A program made the position numbers and the translations under genes. From assembly GCA_029556475.1 (NCBI GenBank), contig JAKQEP010000054.1, positions 19,898 through 83,897 of the forward strand: a stretch of DNA of 64,000 nt, given 5' to 3'. Each line of letters starts with the position of its first letter. The stretch's first letter is position 1. Origin of the DNA: Candidatus Atribacteria bacterium (GTDB lineage Bacteria; Atribacterota; Phoenicimicrobiia; Phoenicimicrobiales; Stramentimicrobiaceae). Shown piece by piece: positions 10,462 through 21,102 of this stretch. Under the pieces are notes generated by a model. That model made no database searches and was not told the DNA's origin. It saw only the letters and a program-made list of their open reading frames with translations.

Positions 10462-11127
10462 TTACGCCAGAAAGAAATAATAACCCAGGAAATGGGTAAA
10501 ACTACCTGCCAGAACAAAGATATGCCAGATTGTGTGATTATAAGGTATTTTAGGAGTTATATAGAAGATAATCCCCAGAGAATAACAGAGTCCCCCCACA
10601 ATTAATAGATATAGTATTCCAGTGGGAAGTATACTGATGATTGGTTTAGTAACCACCACAATAAGCCAACCCATTATTATATATAGAATCATAGAAAGGA
10701 TTTTTGTTTTACTGAAAAAGAATATCTTCATAAAGATACCAGCAAGTGCAATAAGCCATACTACTCCAAATATTATCCAGCCCAATGACCCTCGTAATAA
10801 TACCAGGGTTAATGGGGTATAAGAGCCGGCAATGAGGAGATATATAGCGATATGATCCAGAATGCGAAATATATATTTTTTTCTTTTATCAGTAACACTA
10901 TGATATATAGTTGAACTAACATAAAGGAAGACAAGTGTTGTTCCATAAATAGCAAAGCTCACTATTCGCCAGATGTCCTCTTTCTCTATAGATATATAAA
11001 GGAGCATAATTAAGCCAACAATGCTTAGAATTGCCCCAATCCCATGTGTAATGCTATTAATAATTTCCTGGCCTTTTCCATAATCCTGATTTAAAAAAGA
11101 TATTTTTAAAATACTCTTCTTGTTCAT
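10462..11127 (-). CDS. hemolysin III / PAQR family membrane protein
   Basis: 221 aa, 7 predicted TM helices. SSTIYHS and HTIWHIFVLAGSFTHF motifs. Confidence 0.8.
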   Translation of the reverse strand: MNKKSILKISFLNQDYGKGQEIINSITHGIGAILSIVGLIMLLYISIEKEDIWRIVSFAIYGTTLVFLYVSSTIYHSVTDKRKKYIFRILDHIAIYLLIAGSYTPLTLVLLRGSLGWIIFGVVWLIALAGIFMKIFFFSKTKILSMILYIIMGWLIVVVTKPIISILPTGILYLLIVGGLCYSLGIIFYITPKIPYNHTIWHIFVLAGSFTHFLGYYFFLA

Positions 11128-11337
11128 AATGATTACTGACCTCTAAAATTATATTACCACAAAATTTTGACTAACATTCAATTATTCAGAGAGTTTATTA
11201 GTTAATAGTGATATTTATTTTCAAAATATGGGTCAATCCCAATTTTTCTGTAAAATTAAATAGCCACCAAATCCTCCTGGCATTAACTATTGCTTTCATT
11301 AGTTTTTATTTTATCTTCAAATTTTTTACCAAAAATA

Positions 11338-11366
11338 TTGACAGGCTAAATTTGGCATGCTACAAT
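11338..11366 (+). promoter_or_regulatory. sigma70-type promoter for the TetR gene (TTGACA, 17 nt, TGcTACAAT)
   Basis: TTGACA at 11338-11343, TACAAT at 11361-11366. A short inverted repeat TAACGaaCGTTA follows. Confidence 0.5.
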
Positions 11367-11397
11367 ACTAACGAACGTTAAGTAAAGGAGGAAGCTT

Positions 11398-11952
11398 ATG
11401 ACAGAAAAGGATTTGCGGGAGCGAATAAAGGAAGTGGCAGTAGAGCATTTCGACACTAACGGTTATCATGGAACAACAATACGAAATATCGCTAAAGATG
11501 TGAATTGCTCACTGCCTATGATCTATTATTACTACAAAAATAAAAAAGAGTTGTTTGATGAAATTATTAAAAAAGAATTTTTTAATCTTTTAAAAAAGCA
11601 GGCATCATTATTGAAAACTGACAATATTATTGATTTTTATACAAAGTTCATTTTCGATTTAAACTCCTTGAGTAACTACGATAAAAAAGTATATCGCCTT
11701 GGTATCAAGGTTTACTTATCGTTCGAAGGAGACGAGGAATTGATGAAACTTATGGATGAGTGGGAAAAGAGTATATTACCCAGGCACCGTGAGATTCTCA
11801 AGCCCCACTTGAAGAATGTTAATAATGAAAAAGCAATAGTGAGAACATTGGTACATTTACTAGAAACGATGATCGAAAACATTGTCGTGAAAAACAGATA
11901 TCTACCAGAAGATGAAATCAGGGAAGAGATATCCATTGTTCTAAAAAGTTGA
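11398..11952 (+). CDS. TetR/AcrR family transcriptional regulator
   Basis: 184 aa. N-terminal HTH GYHGTTIRNIAKDVNCSLPMIYYYYKNKKELF. Confidence 0.8.
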   Translation: MTEKDLRERIKEVAVEHFDTNGYHGTTIRNIAKDVNCSLPMIYYYYKNKKELFDEIIKKEFFNLLKKQASLLKTDNIIDFYTKFIFDLNSLSNYDKKVYRLGIKVYLSFEGDEELMKLMDEWEKSILPRHREILKPHLKNVNNEKAIVRTLVHLLETMIENIVVKNRYLPEDEIREEISIVLKS

Positions 11953-12076
11953 GGATAATTCGCGAAAACCTTAATCAAATATAATTCGGTATGTATCGAT
12001 ATGCAAAATTACCGTTTTATATTTTGCAAATGGATAAAAAAAGCTTAAAAAAATAATATTAATAAAGGAGATAAAA

Positions 12077-12529
12077 ATGGAAATCGAAAAAAGACTCATC
12101 ATGGTGCAAAACACGTATGCGGCATCTATCGCGGAGACTGTTAACAACTATGAAAAACTGGGGGCGTTAGAGGCAATTGTGGAAAGACGAAAAGAAAGGC
12201 AGGTACAAACAGCACCTTATTTGAATCAGCAATTGGATATTCAAAGTGTTGAAGATGTATTCTATAAGCTTTATGAAATCTATGGCTGCGCAAACTGGAC
12301 TGTAAAGAAAATAGAGGATGGTTACATTGCTATGGCGACTTCATGTAAGCTCTGTGCGCTGACAAGAAAAATGGGCGGAGCGAATCCTTGTAATGGCTGG
12401 TGCCTTGACCCAATGATTGCAATGTTATCCTGCGTGAGCAAAATTGATAGCAAACAAATAACTGTTGAGAGTACTTTAATGAACGATGATTGCTGCAAAG
12501 TATCTATCGATGACAGAGCAGAACGTTAA
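12077..12529 (+). CDS. cysteine-rich protein resembling the L-2-amino-thiazoline-4-carboxylic acid hydrolase (ATC-hydrolase) family
   Basis: 150 aa. CKLCAL..G...PCNGWC...TLMNDDCC pattern as I recall for that family. Not verified by search. Confidence 0.45.
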   Translation: MEIEKRLIMVQNTYAASIAETVNNYEKLGALEAIVERRKERQVQTAPYLNQQLDIQSVEDVFYKLYEIYGCANWTVKKIEDGYIAMATSCKLCALTRKMGGANPCNGWCLDPMIAMLSCVSKIDSKQITVESTLMNDDCCKVSIDDRAER

Positions 12530-12614
12530 CGAAAGAAAGAATACATAAGAGCGATAATCATAAGTATAACGTTTATAAAGGGTTAAAAGGATAGAGATAA
12601 AAGAAAAGGAGGGT

Positions 12615-13456
12615 ATGCTTATGGAATACTCTGTACCTACATTGTCAATAGTTTTTATGGTAATTGTTGCACTGACTGGCATAATTATTCCGATTGTTCT
12701 TTTTACAATATTCAGAAAAAAATATAAAGCAAATATTGCACCTTTCTTTATTGGTTGCACAGTATTTATCATATTCGCATTATTACTTGAACGCTTTTTT
12801 ATTACATTTCTTTTTAAAATGGCAGCCGGAAAGGTAATTAGAAGCAGCATATGGCTCTATGGCATTTTTGGTGGACTGATGGCAGGACTCTTCGAGGAAA
12901 CTGGTCGCTTTACTGCTTTTAAAACTATATTAAAAAAGAGTCGAAGTAATGACGCAAATGCGCTGATGTACGGAGCGGGACATGGTGTTTTGAAGCTTTT
13001 TACATTCTTGTTTTCAGCATGATTTCTAATATTATAATGTCGGTCATGTTGAACCTCGGTTTGCAGGACAAATTAATATCCGGTGTCACCGATGAAGCAA
13101 AATTACGGACACTTTACGCAACATTTGCTGTATTAGCTGGTACCCCTCCTGTAAACTTCCTTATGGGAATAGTAGAACGAATTGCGGCAGTAGCTCTTCA
13201 TATTTCTTTATCAGTTTTGGTATGGTTTGCTGCAGGAAAGGAAGCCAGGTGCTTCTGGTTCTATCCTCTCGCAATATTATTACATTCTGCAGTTGATGCG
13301 ATTGCGGTAATTATGTCTAAATATCTTCCAAACGTATGGGCAATTTTAGCAGTAATTTACGTGCTCTCTACCTGTTGCGTTATGCTTGCTTTAAAAGTAT
13401 GGAATATATATTCTTCTCAAAGTGATATTTCGGGAATTTCAGCGGGAACAGAGTAG
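12615..13456 (+). pseudogene. YhfC-type intramembrane metalloprotease gene split by a 1-nt frameshift near 12985-12990
   Basis: ORFs 12615-13022 and 13019-13456 are two halves. EETGRF motif is in the first half. After GAGHG the other frame continues FEAFYILVFSMISNIIM into the second ORF. Confidence 0.6.
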
Positions 13457-13661
13457 GAAATGTGGCAAAATAATATCTCTTATTTTTGATGTAGTTAAAA
13501 TATAGTATAAGCGCATATCGAGGTAATGATGTGGAAACCAGTAAATTCATAATTGGAATTAAAGAAACCGGCACTTATACTTTTTCTGTTAAAGGTTCTA
13601 AAGCAGAGGGAAGCGTTTATTTTATAAAGGTACATCTTAAACCTTAAGAGGTTTCGCGAAG

Positions 13662-14468
13662 GTGAATGTTATAAAATCAAAAAACTATATAATTCAATAT
13701 GTCATCTATACTTATCTATTGTTTGGATTATTGCTTTTTACATTAGGTGGTATAGCAACAGTAATATTCCATGGGACTCCATTGGTAATGAGATGGTTAA
13801 TTGCCATAACAGCATGGACCTCCACCTATGTATTGCTGCTAATGTTTAAAAAAATTTATCCTGATAGTACTGTAAGATTTTTTTACAAAAAAGCTTTTAA
13901 TGTAAAACTGAATTTTCGTTTATTAATAACGACAACTATAATACAGACTATTATTTTTGTATCAAGTGTTTACATGATCTCTATACATAGAAATGTTACG
14001 ATCATAAACTTACTCGATTTGTCATTTTCAACCATAATGTCAGCCCTCTTCTTCACTCTTATACAGGGACCAGCAGGAGAAGAGTCAGGCTGGAGGGGGT
14101 ACTTGTTGCCAGAGATTGAGAAAAAGATAGGGATCGTTAAGAGTTCTTTAGTAGTTAGTTTGATATGGTCATTTTGGCATGCACCAATATGGTTTTTAGA
14201 TACAGGATACCATGGAATAGTTCTAATAAAATACATAACAGTATTTGTTATTTGCATCACTTCCCTGGGATTCATTATAGGCATTTGCTTTCATATATGT
14301 AAAAACCTATTTATTCCTATTTGGATTCATTTCCTATTTAATTTTTTTGGAGAAACATATATAAGCTCCAAGGTGGAACTTGTTGCCTGGTATGCATTAT
14401 TCTATTTTATTGTAGCTATTGGATTTTTTTTATGGCATAAAAGGGTTGGCATATTAAGTAATAAATAA
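13662..14468 (+). CDS. CPBP (CAAX/Abi) family intramembrane glutamic endopeptidase
   Basis: 268 aa, polytopic. GEESGWRGYL (EExxxR), FWHAP and HFLFN motifs. GTG start. Confidence 0.7.
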   Translation: MNVIKSKNYIIQYVIYTYLLFGLLLFTLGGIATVIFHGTPLVMRWLIAITAWTSTYVLLLMFKKIYPDSTVRFFYKKAFNVKLNFRLLITTTIIQTIIFVSSVYMISIHRNVTIINLLDLSFSTIMSALFFTLIQGPAGEESGWRGYLLPEIEKKIGIVKSSLVVSLIWSFWHAPIWFLDTGYHGIVLIKYITVFVICITSLGFIIGICFHICKNLFIPIWIHFLFNFFGETYISSKVELVAWYALFYFIVAIGFFLWHKRVGILSNK

Positions 14469-14610
14469 CTGAATCTTGGACCGCATAACAACATTTACAT
14501 CGATATGAGAAAATATTTCGTTGTTTAAGGGTTTTCAGGGAGGTCAAAAAAGAAAATGGAATGCCGAATAACTGAACAGATATCTGGAATTTTTAGGCAA
14601 AGGAGAACCG

Positions 14611-15654
14611 ATGGACACTAACACGATACGAAAATGTGAAAATCTATTTAATAAAGCTATTGCCTCAAATAAAATATATGAAGCGGTATTATTTGTAGAA
14701 AATGAAAATAGTGATTTTTCTTATAACCAGGGATATGGAAATAAGAATATAGATTCCCCGATACTCATGGCTAGTATTACAAAATTGTTTACAACTACCT
14801 GTATTTTAGCATTACAGGAACAGGACATGCTGTCGCTTGATGATAAAATCACAAATTACTTCGATAATTCCGTATTGGGCGGTCTGCATGTATTTAGAGG
14901 TAAAGAATATTCACAAGAGTTGACAATATCTGATTTACTATTTCAGACAAGCGGATTGCCTGATGTATATGAAGAAGGTGAGAATAGTTTTAAACTGCGC
15001 GTTATTAAAGAAGATTTCTTTTATACCTTCAATGATTTAGTAGTTATGACAAAGAAATTAAAACCGCACTTTCAACCTCGCACAGTGAGGAGAGCTTACT
15101 ATGCGGATATTAATTTTGATTTACTTGGGGAGATAATAGAAAGTATTATGAAGTGTCCATTAAATAAAATATATGGGCACTTCATATTTGAACCTTTAGG
15201 CTTGAAAAACACATATCTTCCTGAAAGTGAAAATGACTTTGTGCCAAATATCTATTTTAAGGATAATACTATTCATCGCCCCAAATTTGTCATCAGTAGC
15301 CGTGCAAGTGGTGGATGTATAACCACTACTCGAGAGATGATGATATTTCTTAAAGCTTTCTTTAGCGGAAGATTGTTCAATATTTCGATTTTCGATGAGC
15401 TTTCGTCTTACAATAAGTTGCAAGCAGCAATGGGTCCGATTTGCTATGGCAGTGGATATATGCGAATTCCTCTAAATAGTTTGGTAACTCTCTTTATGGG
15501 AAAAGGTGAACTAAAGGGGCATTCCGGTTCGACAGGTTCATTTGCTTTTTATTACCCTGATAAAAAACTATTTATTGTAGGAGATTTAAATCAAATGGCG
15601 AATGCTACCTTACCCATTAGGTTATCTATAAGAATCGCAATGTTAGTAAAATAA
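14611..15654 (+). CDS. serine hydrolase, beta-lactamase/PBP4-like (class C fold)
   Basis: 347 aa. SITKLFT (SxxK) motif near the N-terminus and HSGSTGSF near the C-terminus. Confidence 0.75.
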   Translation: MDTNTIRKCENLFNKAIASNKIYEAVLFVENENSDFSYNQGYGNKNIDSPILMASITKLFTTTCILALQEQDMLSLDDKITNYFDNSVLGGLHVFRGKEYSQELTISDLLFQTSGLPDVYEEGENSFKLRVIKEDFFYTFNDLVVMTKKLKPHFQPRTVRRAYYADINFDLLGEIIESIMKCPLNKIYGHFIFEPLGLKNTYLPESENDFVPNIYFKDNTIHRPKFVISSRASGGCITTTREMMIFLKAFFSGRLFNISIFDELSSYNKLQAAMGPICYGSGYMRIPLNSLVTLFMGKGELKGHSGSTGSFAFYYPDKKLFIVGDLNQMANATLPIRLSIRIAMLVK

Positions 15655-15863
15655 AAAAGTTAAAATACGCTATTAAAAAGAAGATGAGTTGATGGAGTCA
15701 TTAATTTTTATTATCTGTCTATATTTTCTACATGTTGTCTAAATAAGGGTTTTGAGATCTGTATAAACTTATTCTAGCTGTTGTCAGTGTTTTTTGTAAA
15801 AAATGTCTTAAAAGAAATAAATTTAGATAAACATAGATTGTCAAAAAAGGAGGGTTTAATTAG

Positions 15864-16598
15864 ATGGAGAAGTTGAAACATAATAGCATTTTTTTGGGCA
15901 TTATTATTGTTGTTTTATTGTTCATTGTACAGATATTTTTGGGAAAAGTGGGGCACTTTTTTGCAAAGATGATTTCTATTCGACAAATTGATCCTTACAA
16001 TATTTTTGCTGAGATTTCTATTCATCATGCTATTCAAATGCTTATAGTTCTAATATTAGTTCTAATATTAAGCAAATTGTTAAAAATTGATTTTTATTTT
16101 AAATTAGGTAACGTAAAAAAAGGAGTAAAATATTTGATTTTATTTACAGCAACTTTAGCAGTTATTACAGTTGTTCTACACATTTTCATGTATGTTAATG
16201 GCCAGTTACCGATGTATGATTTTCCTTTAGATAGAAGAAATATCCTCGGAACCCTGGGATTCCAATTATTTTTAAGTGGACCTTCAGAAGAGATTGTTTT
16301 TCGAGCATTACCGATAACTATATTAGTATATGCCTTTGGTAGAAGTATTCCAATAAAAGGATATATTACATTAGAAGTCATACTGGCTTCAATATTATTC
16401 TCATTCGCTCACATTAACTGGTCTTTGAATCCGTTTGTTTTTGAGGTGGATTATTTTCGCATTTTTTATGCATTTGTACTTGGGATTATTGAAGGAGTTG
16501 TATTTCAAAGAAGCAAAAGCATTTTATATCCTATGCTAATGCACAGTTTTAGCAATGTGTTAATGGTTGGCATCGGCTATTTGTTTTTGCAACTTTAA
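15864..16598 (+). CDS. CPBP family intramembrane protease (second copy)
   Basis: 244 aa. SEEIVFRALP, FAHINW and HSFSNV motifs. Confidence 0.7.
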   Translation: MEKLKHNSIFLGIIIVVLLFIVQIFLGKVGHFFAKMISIRQIDPYNIFAEISIHHAIQMLIVLILVLILSKLLKIDFYFKLGNVKKGVKYLILFTATLAVITVVLHIFMYVNGQLPMYDFPLDRRNILGTLGFQLFLSGPSEEIVFRALPITILVYAFGRSIPIKGYITLEVILASILFSFAHINWSLNPFVFEVDYFRIFYAFVLGIIEGVVFQRSKSILYPMLMHSFSNVLMVGIGYLFLQL

Positions 16599-16738
16599 GA
16601 CTATCAAATAATTATATTGAATAAACAATAATTTGATTAAACGATTTGTGCATATCGCGGTATATCGTGTTCATAAAAAGTTTTGAACCTCGAAAATCGA
16701 ATATAAATATAATAAATATGTAAGAAGGAGTTATAAAA

Positions 16739-17596
16739 ATGAAAAGGAAGGGTTTAAAAATGTGGTTCATAATAGGTGCATTGTTATTAATTATTGGAAT
16801 AATAATATTCTTATGCATTCCTTCTTCTCCAACCCGTAATGATTTCAATTCCATAGTGGAGAGAAAAATCAAAGAAGCCAATGGTTTATCAGAAGAGGTT
16901 TTTACAGAAACAGATATACAGATACTGCCATTGCCTGTACAGCACTATTTTCGTTACTGTGGGTACCTTGGAACACCAAAAATGAACTATATGAGGGCTT
17001 CATTTGTAGATGTAGATTTTATTATGTCGCCAACAAGAACCGTTAAGATTGATTACCAACAGCTTAATCTTGTATCAAAGCCAGAACGCTTTGCACTTAT
17101 CTCTTCCTCTTTATATGGCATACCTTTTGAAGGACTTGATTCATATCAAAATGGCAAAGGCAGTATGAAAGGTAAACTGGCCAAGGTCATTACCATATTT
17201 GACCAGCGAGGTGAAAACATGGACCGTTCCTCTTTAGTTACCTGGCTTTCCGAATGTTTACTAGTACCAAATGCTGCATTGAATGACTTTATTATTTGGA
17301 AGTCTATCGATGATACGAATGCAAGGGTTACTATAACATGGGAGGGTATAACTGTTAGTGGTATCTTTAATTTCTCTCCAGAAGGAGAGTTACTTTCTTT
17401 TCGTACCAGCGACAGGGTTGCAGTAGATATGAAAGGTGAGGTAACCAAAGCAGACTGGTCAGGATATTTCCAGGATTACCATCCAGTAAATGGAATTTTA
17501 CAGCCCAAAATAATGAAGTCTGTCTGGCATTACCTCGATGGAGATAGCGTTTATTTTAACCAGAATGAATCCCCGGTATTTATACGGTATCAATAA
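16739..17596 (+). CDS. membrane-anchored hypothetical protein (possibly DUF6544-like)
   Basis: 285 aa. One N-terminal TM helix. LPLPVQHYFRYCGYLG resembles a DUF6544 motif as I recall. Low certainty on family. Confidence 0.5.
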   Translation: MKRKGLKMWFIIGALLLIIGIIIFLCIPSSPTRNDFNSIVERKIKEANGLSEEVFTETDIQILPLPVQHYFRYCGYLGTPKMNYMRASFVDVDFIMSPTRTVKIDYQQLNLVSKPERFALISSSLYGIPFEGLDSYQNGKGSMKGKLAKVITIFDQRGENMDRSSLVTWLSECLLVPNAALNDFIIWKSIDDTNARVTITWEGITVSGIFNFSPEGELLSFRTSDRVAVDMKGEVTKADWSGYFQDYHPVNGILQPKIMKSVWHYLDGDSVYFNQNESPVFIRYQ

Positions 17597-17901
17597 TTAT
17601 AAATGTTTTAAATAAAAAGAAGAAGGTCAATAAGGAAAAAAAGTCCTTTTATTCAACTGTTTTCAATTCCTTCTTCCTATCAAAATCAACATATACTTTT
17701 TAATTTTTTCAAAGAATTATCGCTATAAAACTTCTGTTTCTACTTAAATCTTAATATAGTATACTAATATAGAAGAATAGCTTATATATCTATTATGTTT
17801 GCTTGTTTAATTATATTTTATAAAAGTTTGGGCTTTTAAAAAAGTATTGGGTTGCTGAATCTGACAGTAGGATAAGAATTGTTATTAAAGGAGTATTTGT
17901 G

Positions 17902-19074
17902 ATGAAAAATTTGGAGCAAGAAATAGATAAAATCAAAGATGAACTCATTCTGATGAGGAAAGATTTCCATCGTTTCCCGGAGGTGGGTTTCAAAGAATAC
18001 AGGACGGCAGAAAAAGTGGCTGAATATATGAAAAATATAGGCCTGGCAGTACAAACTGGTATTGGTGAGACGGGGGTAGTGGGACTCTTGAGAGGAAAAA
18101 AGAAAGGAACAACACTGGGAATAAGAGCCTGTCTGGATGCCCTTGCCATGGAAGAATGTTCAGGAGTGGACTATAGCTCTGAAAATAAGGGGGTATTTCA
18201 TGGCTGCGGCCATGATGGGAATATGGTTATGGTTCTGGGAGCGGCAAAGATTCTGTCAAGGTATAAAGGTGAATTAAGAGGGGATGTTAAGTTTATTTTT
18301 CAGCCCTCTGAGGAGGAAACCGGTGGTGCTGCTGCCTTTATTCAGGCCGGAGTCCTTAAAAATCCTGATGTTGAGGCGATCGTCCATATTCACAACTGGC
18401 ATGGCTTGAAGGAGGGGGTAATGGGAGTTAAAGCAGGTCCGGTCATGGCTTCCAGTGATGTTTTTAAACTAGAAATAATAGGCAAACCGGGACATGGTGC
18501 CTGGCCGCATCTGGCAGTTGACCCGGTGGTCATTGCTGCAGATGTAATTAGTGCAATTCAAAATATTATTAGCAGAGAGATTGATCCCCTTAAACCTGCC
18601 CTAATTACGATTGGTAAGATTTATGGTGGTACAGCGGTGAATATTATTCCAGAAAAAATTACTATTGAGGGCACAGTGAGAGCATATCATCAAGAAATTC
18701 GCAATTTTATAGCAGCTCGTATAGAGCAGATTGCCAGGGGTATTACGCAATCAGCAAGAGCATCATTTAATCTGGCCTATAACAGAATTATGCCACCGGT
18801 GAACAATGACCCGGAGTTTACCGCTAAAGTGAGCAAAATATTAAAGGATTCATTTGAACCGGATTTGGTGACAGATGATATACCATCTGAAATGGGATGT
18901 GAGGAATTTGCACTTTTCCAACAGGAGATCCCAGGATTATTTATGTTTTTAGGGAATGACAAAGAAGGTGAGCCGACTATACCTATACATGACCCCCGGT
19001 ATATTTTTAATGATGAGATACTTACTGTAGGGGTAAAGGCACTCTGTGAGATTGCTTTAAAATGGAATGAATGA
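17902..19074 (+). CDS. M20-family amidohydrolase (N-acyl-amino-acid amidohydrolase/hippurate-hydrolase type)
   Basis: About 390 aa. HGCGHD metal-binding motif and FQPSEE. ATG at 17902 is 8 nt after AAGGAG; the GTG at 17899 is also possible. Confidence 0.8.
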   Translation: MKNLEQEIDKIKDELILMRKDFHRFPEVGFKEYRTAEKVAEYMKNIGLAVQTGIGETGVVGLLRGKKKGTTLGIRACLDALAMEECSGVDYSSENKGVFHGCGHDGNMVMVLGAAKILSRYKGELRGDVKFIFQPSEEETGGAAAFIQAGVLKNPDVEAIVHIHNWHGLKEGVMGVKAGPVMASSDVFKLEIIGKPGHGAWPHLAVDPVVIAADVISAIQNIISREIDPLKPALITIGKIYGGTAVNIIPEKITIEGTVRAYHQEIRNFIAARIEQIARGITQSARASFNLAYNRIMPPVNNDPEFTAKVSKILKDSFEPDLVTDDIPSEMGCEEFALFQQEIPGLFMFLGNDKEGEPTIPIHDPRYIFNDEILTVGVKALCEIALKWNE

Positions 19075-19228
19075 CCAATAAACAGCAAGTTATATTGTAA
19101 AGATTCCAAGAAAAAAACAGGATTTATGATTTTTATAATTTTTTAATGACTTGTATCGAGTATATTAAAAAAATTGAAATAAGTTTTAGTTATAAAAATA
19201 GGTAAGAAAGAGTGGAAAGGTAAAAGTT

Positions 19229-20149
19229 ATGGAAAATAGATTAAAAGTATCGGTAGTTCAGGACTCGCCGGTATTGTTTGACCTGGAAAAGACAATGGAA
19301 AAGGTAGTTAGAATTACCAGAGATATTGCCGCTGGGGGTTCTAAACTAATAGTATTTCCTGAGAGTTTTATTCCCTGTTATCCCAGAGGATTGAGCTTTG
19401 GAACAGTAGTAGGTAACAGAACTGAAGAGGGGAGAGAAGATTTTCAAAGATATTTCGATAATTCTGTTGCTGTTCCCGGCCCTGAGGTGGATATACTGGC
19501 AGAACTTACTAGAGAGTTAGAGATTTATTTATCTATTGGTGTGACAGAAAAGAATGGGTTTGGTCTGGATGGTACTCTCCATTGTTGTAATCTGTTTTTT
19601 GGACCGAAAGGTTATTTGGGCAGACACAGAAAACTTAAACCAACTGCGGCGGAAAGAATTATCTGGGGTGAGGATGATGGCTCTACCCTTACCGTTATAG
19701 ATACTCCCTATGGGAAGATGGGCTCCTTAATCTGCTGGGAGAATTATATGCCACTTGCCAGAATGGCTATGTATTTAAAAGGGGTAAAACTATATATTGT
19801 ACCCACTGCAGACCAGAGAGAAATTTACCAATCAACAATGAAGCATATTGCCTTTGAAGGAAGATGTTTTGTTATGATGAGCAATCAGTATGTAGAAAAG
19901 TCTATGTATCCCAAAAACCTGAAGTATTATAAGGATTTGGAGAATCAACCTGATATTATGTGTAGAGGGGGAAGCTGTATCATCAATCCTTATGGGAAGT
20001 ATCTGGCAGGACCTCTCTTTGACAAACCGGGTGTTTTAACGGCAGAGCTGGATTTAAATGAGATAACACGAGCAAAATTTGATTGGGATCCTGTGGGCCA
20101 TTACAACAGACCTGATATTTTTAAATTTGAAGTCAGGGAGAATAGATAA
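19229..20149 (+). CDS. nitrilase / carbon-nitrogen hydrolase
   Basis: 306 aa. Catalytic triad contexts FPESFIP, HRKLKPT and CWENYMP. Confidence 0.8.
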   Translation: MENRLKVSVVQDSPVLFDLEKTMEKVVRITRDIAAGGSKLIVFPESFIPCYPRGLSFGTVVGNRTEEGREDFQRYFDNSVAVPGPEVDILAELTRELEIYLSIGVTEKNGFGLDGTLHCCNLFFGPKGYLGRHRKLKPTAAERIIWGEDDGSTLTVIDTPYGKMGSLICWENYMPLARMAMYLKGVKLYIVPTADQREIYQSTMKHIAFEGRCFVMMSNQYVEKSMYPKNLKYYKDLENQPDIMCRGGSCIINPYGKYLAGPLFDKPGVLTAELDLNEITRAKFDWDPVGHYNRPDIFKFEVRENR

Positions 20150-20220
20150 ATTAATTAGTAATGCCAGTTAAAGAATGGTGTTATAATATAAAAGACACTA
20201 AAAATAGAGGGAGGCTTAAG

Positions 20221-21102
20221 ATGTTGATTAAAAGGTTTGGAAAGATAGTTAATGAATACAAAAATATTATTAAAATAAGCAATAGTGAAAATAGGAAAAA
20301 ACCAGCGAGAGATTACAGAAAATTGGAAACTATGAAAGCTTTGATAACAGTATTTTTAATTGTATCAATCATTGTAGTTGGGGTAAATATGGTTTTTGCT
20401 CAATGTGAGCCAGAAACAACAGCAGGTACACCTGTACCAGATAAAATCATCACTGTTTCTACTTTCAAACAACTCACCATAGAGGAAGAAACATTTAATG
20501 CAGATATAAGGATACCTCTTATTTCCGGTTTGGAGAATAAGGAATTGGAAAATAGTTTAAATGAAAAATACTTAGTTGAGGGTACCAAAATTTATGAGGA
20601 TTTTAAAGAAGAGATAGAAGAGATTAAAGCACAGGGGCTCGAAGCTCACTTAGGTATCAGCAGTGGATATATAATCAAGACTGACACAGAAAAGATTTTG
20701 GTAATAGAGGTATGGGTTGTTAATACAGCTGCCTCATCATCCACAGTTACAAAGTTCGACAATATTGATAAGGTAAAAGAGATATTAATTACTCTGCCCG
20801 ACTTGTTTAAAAATGATGATTATATTGATATTATAAGCGAAAACATTAAAGAACAGATGCTGGAACAGGTTAAAGAAGATGAGAACAAGCATTATTGGGT
20901 AGAGGGAGTTGAAGAAAGTGATTTCTTTGGATTATTTGAAAAAATAGCCCCGGAACAGAAATTTTATATAAATGAGAACTATAAACTGGTAATAGTGTTT
21001 GATAAATACGAAGTTGCCCCGGGGTATATGGGTGTAGTTGAATTTGAAATCCCAACTGATATTATCTCAGATTTATTGGTAAATGATGAATACATAAGAT
21101 AA
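20221..21102 (+). CDS. membrane-anchored DUF4163/DUF3298 (RsiV/PdaC-like) domain protein
   Basis: ATG at 20221 is 6 nt after GGGAGG. A TM helix is followed by ADIRIPLISGLEN... and C-terminal VIVFDKYEVAPGYMGVVEFEIP. Confidence 0.55.
   Translation: MLIKRFGKIVNEYKNIIKISNSENRKKPARDYRKLETMKALITVFLIVSIIVVGVNMVFAQCEPETTAGTPVPDKIITVSTFKQLTIEEETFNADIRIPLISGLENKELENSLNEKYLVEGTKIYEDFKEEIEEIKAQGLEAHLGISSGYIIKTDTEKILVIEVWVVNTAASSSTVTKFDNIDKVKEILITLPDLFKNDDYIDIISENIKEQMLEQVKEDENKHYWVEGVEESDFFGLFEKIAPEQKFYINENYKLVIVFDKYEVAPGYMGVVEFEIPTDIISDLLVNDEYIR

Noticed and set aside
13531-13647. 38-codon ORF (GTG start) METSKFIIGIKETGTYTFSVKGSKAEGSVYFIKVHLKP between the YhfC and CPBP genes
   Set aside because: It looks like a beta-strand-rich C-terminal gene remnant, but it is too short and has no recognisable family. 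It may be a fragment left by a rearrangement.
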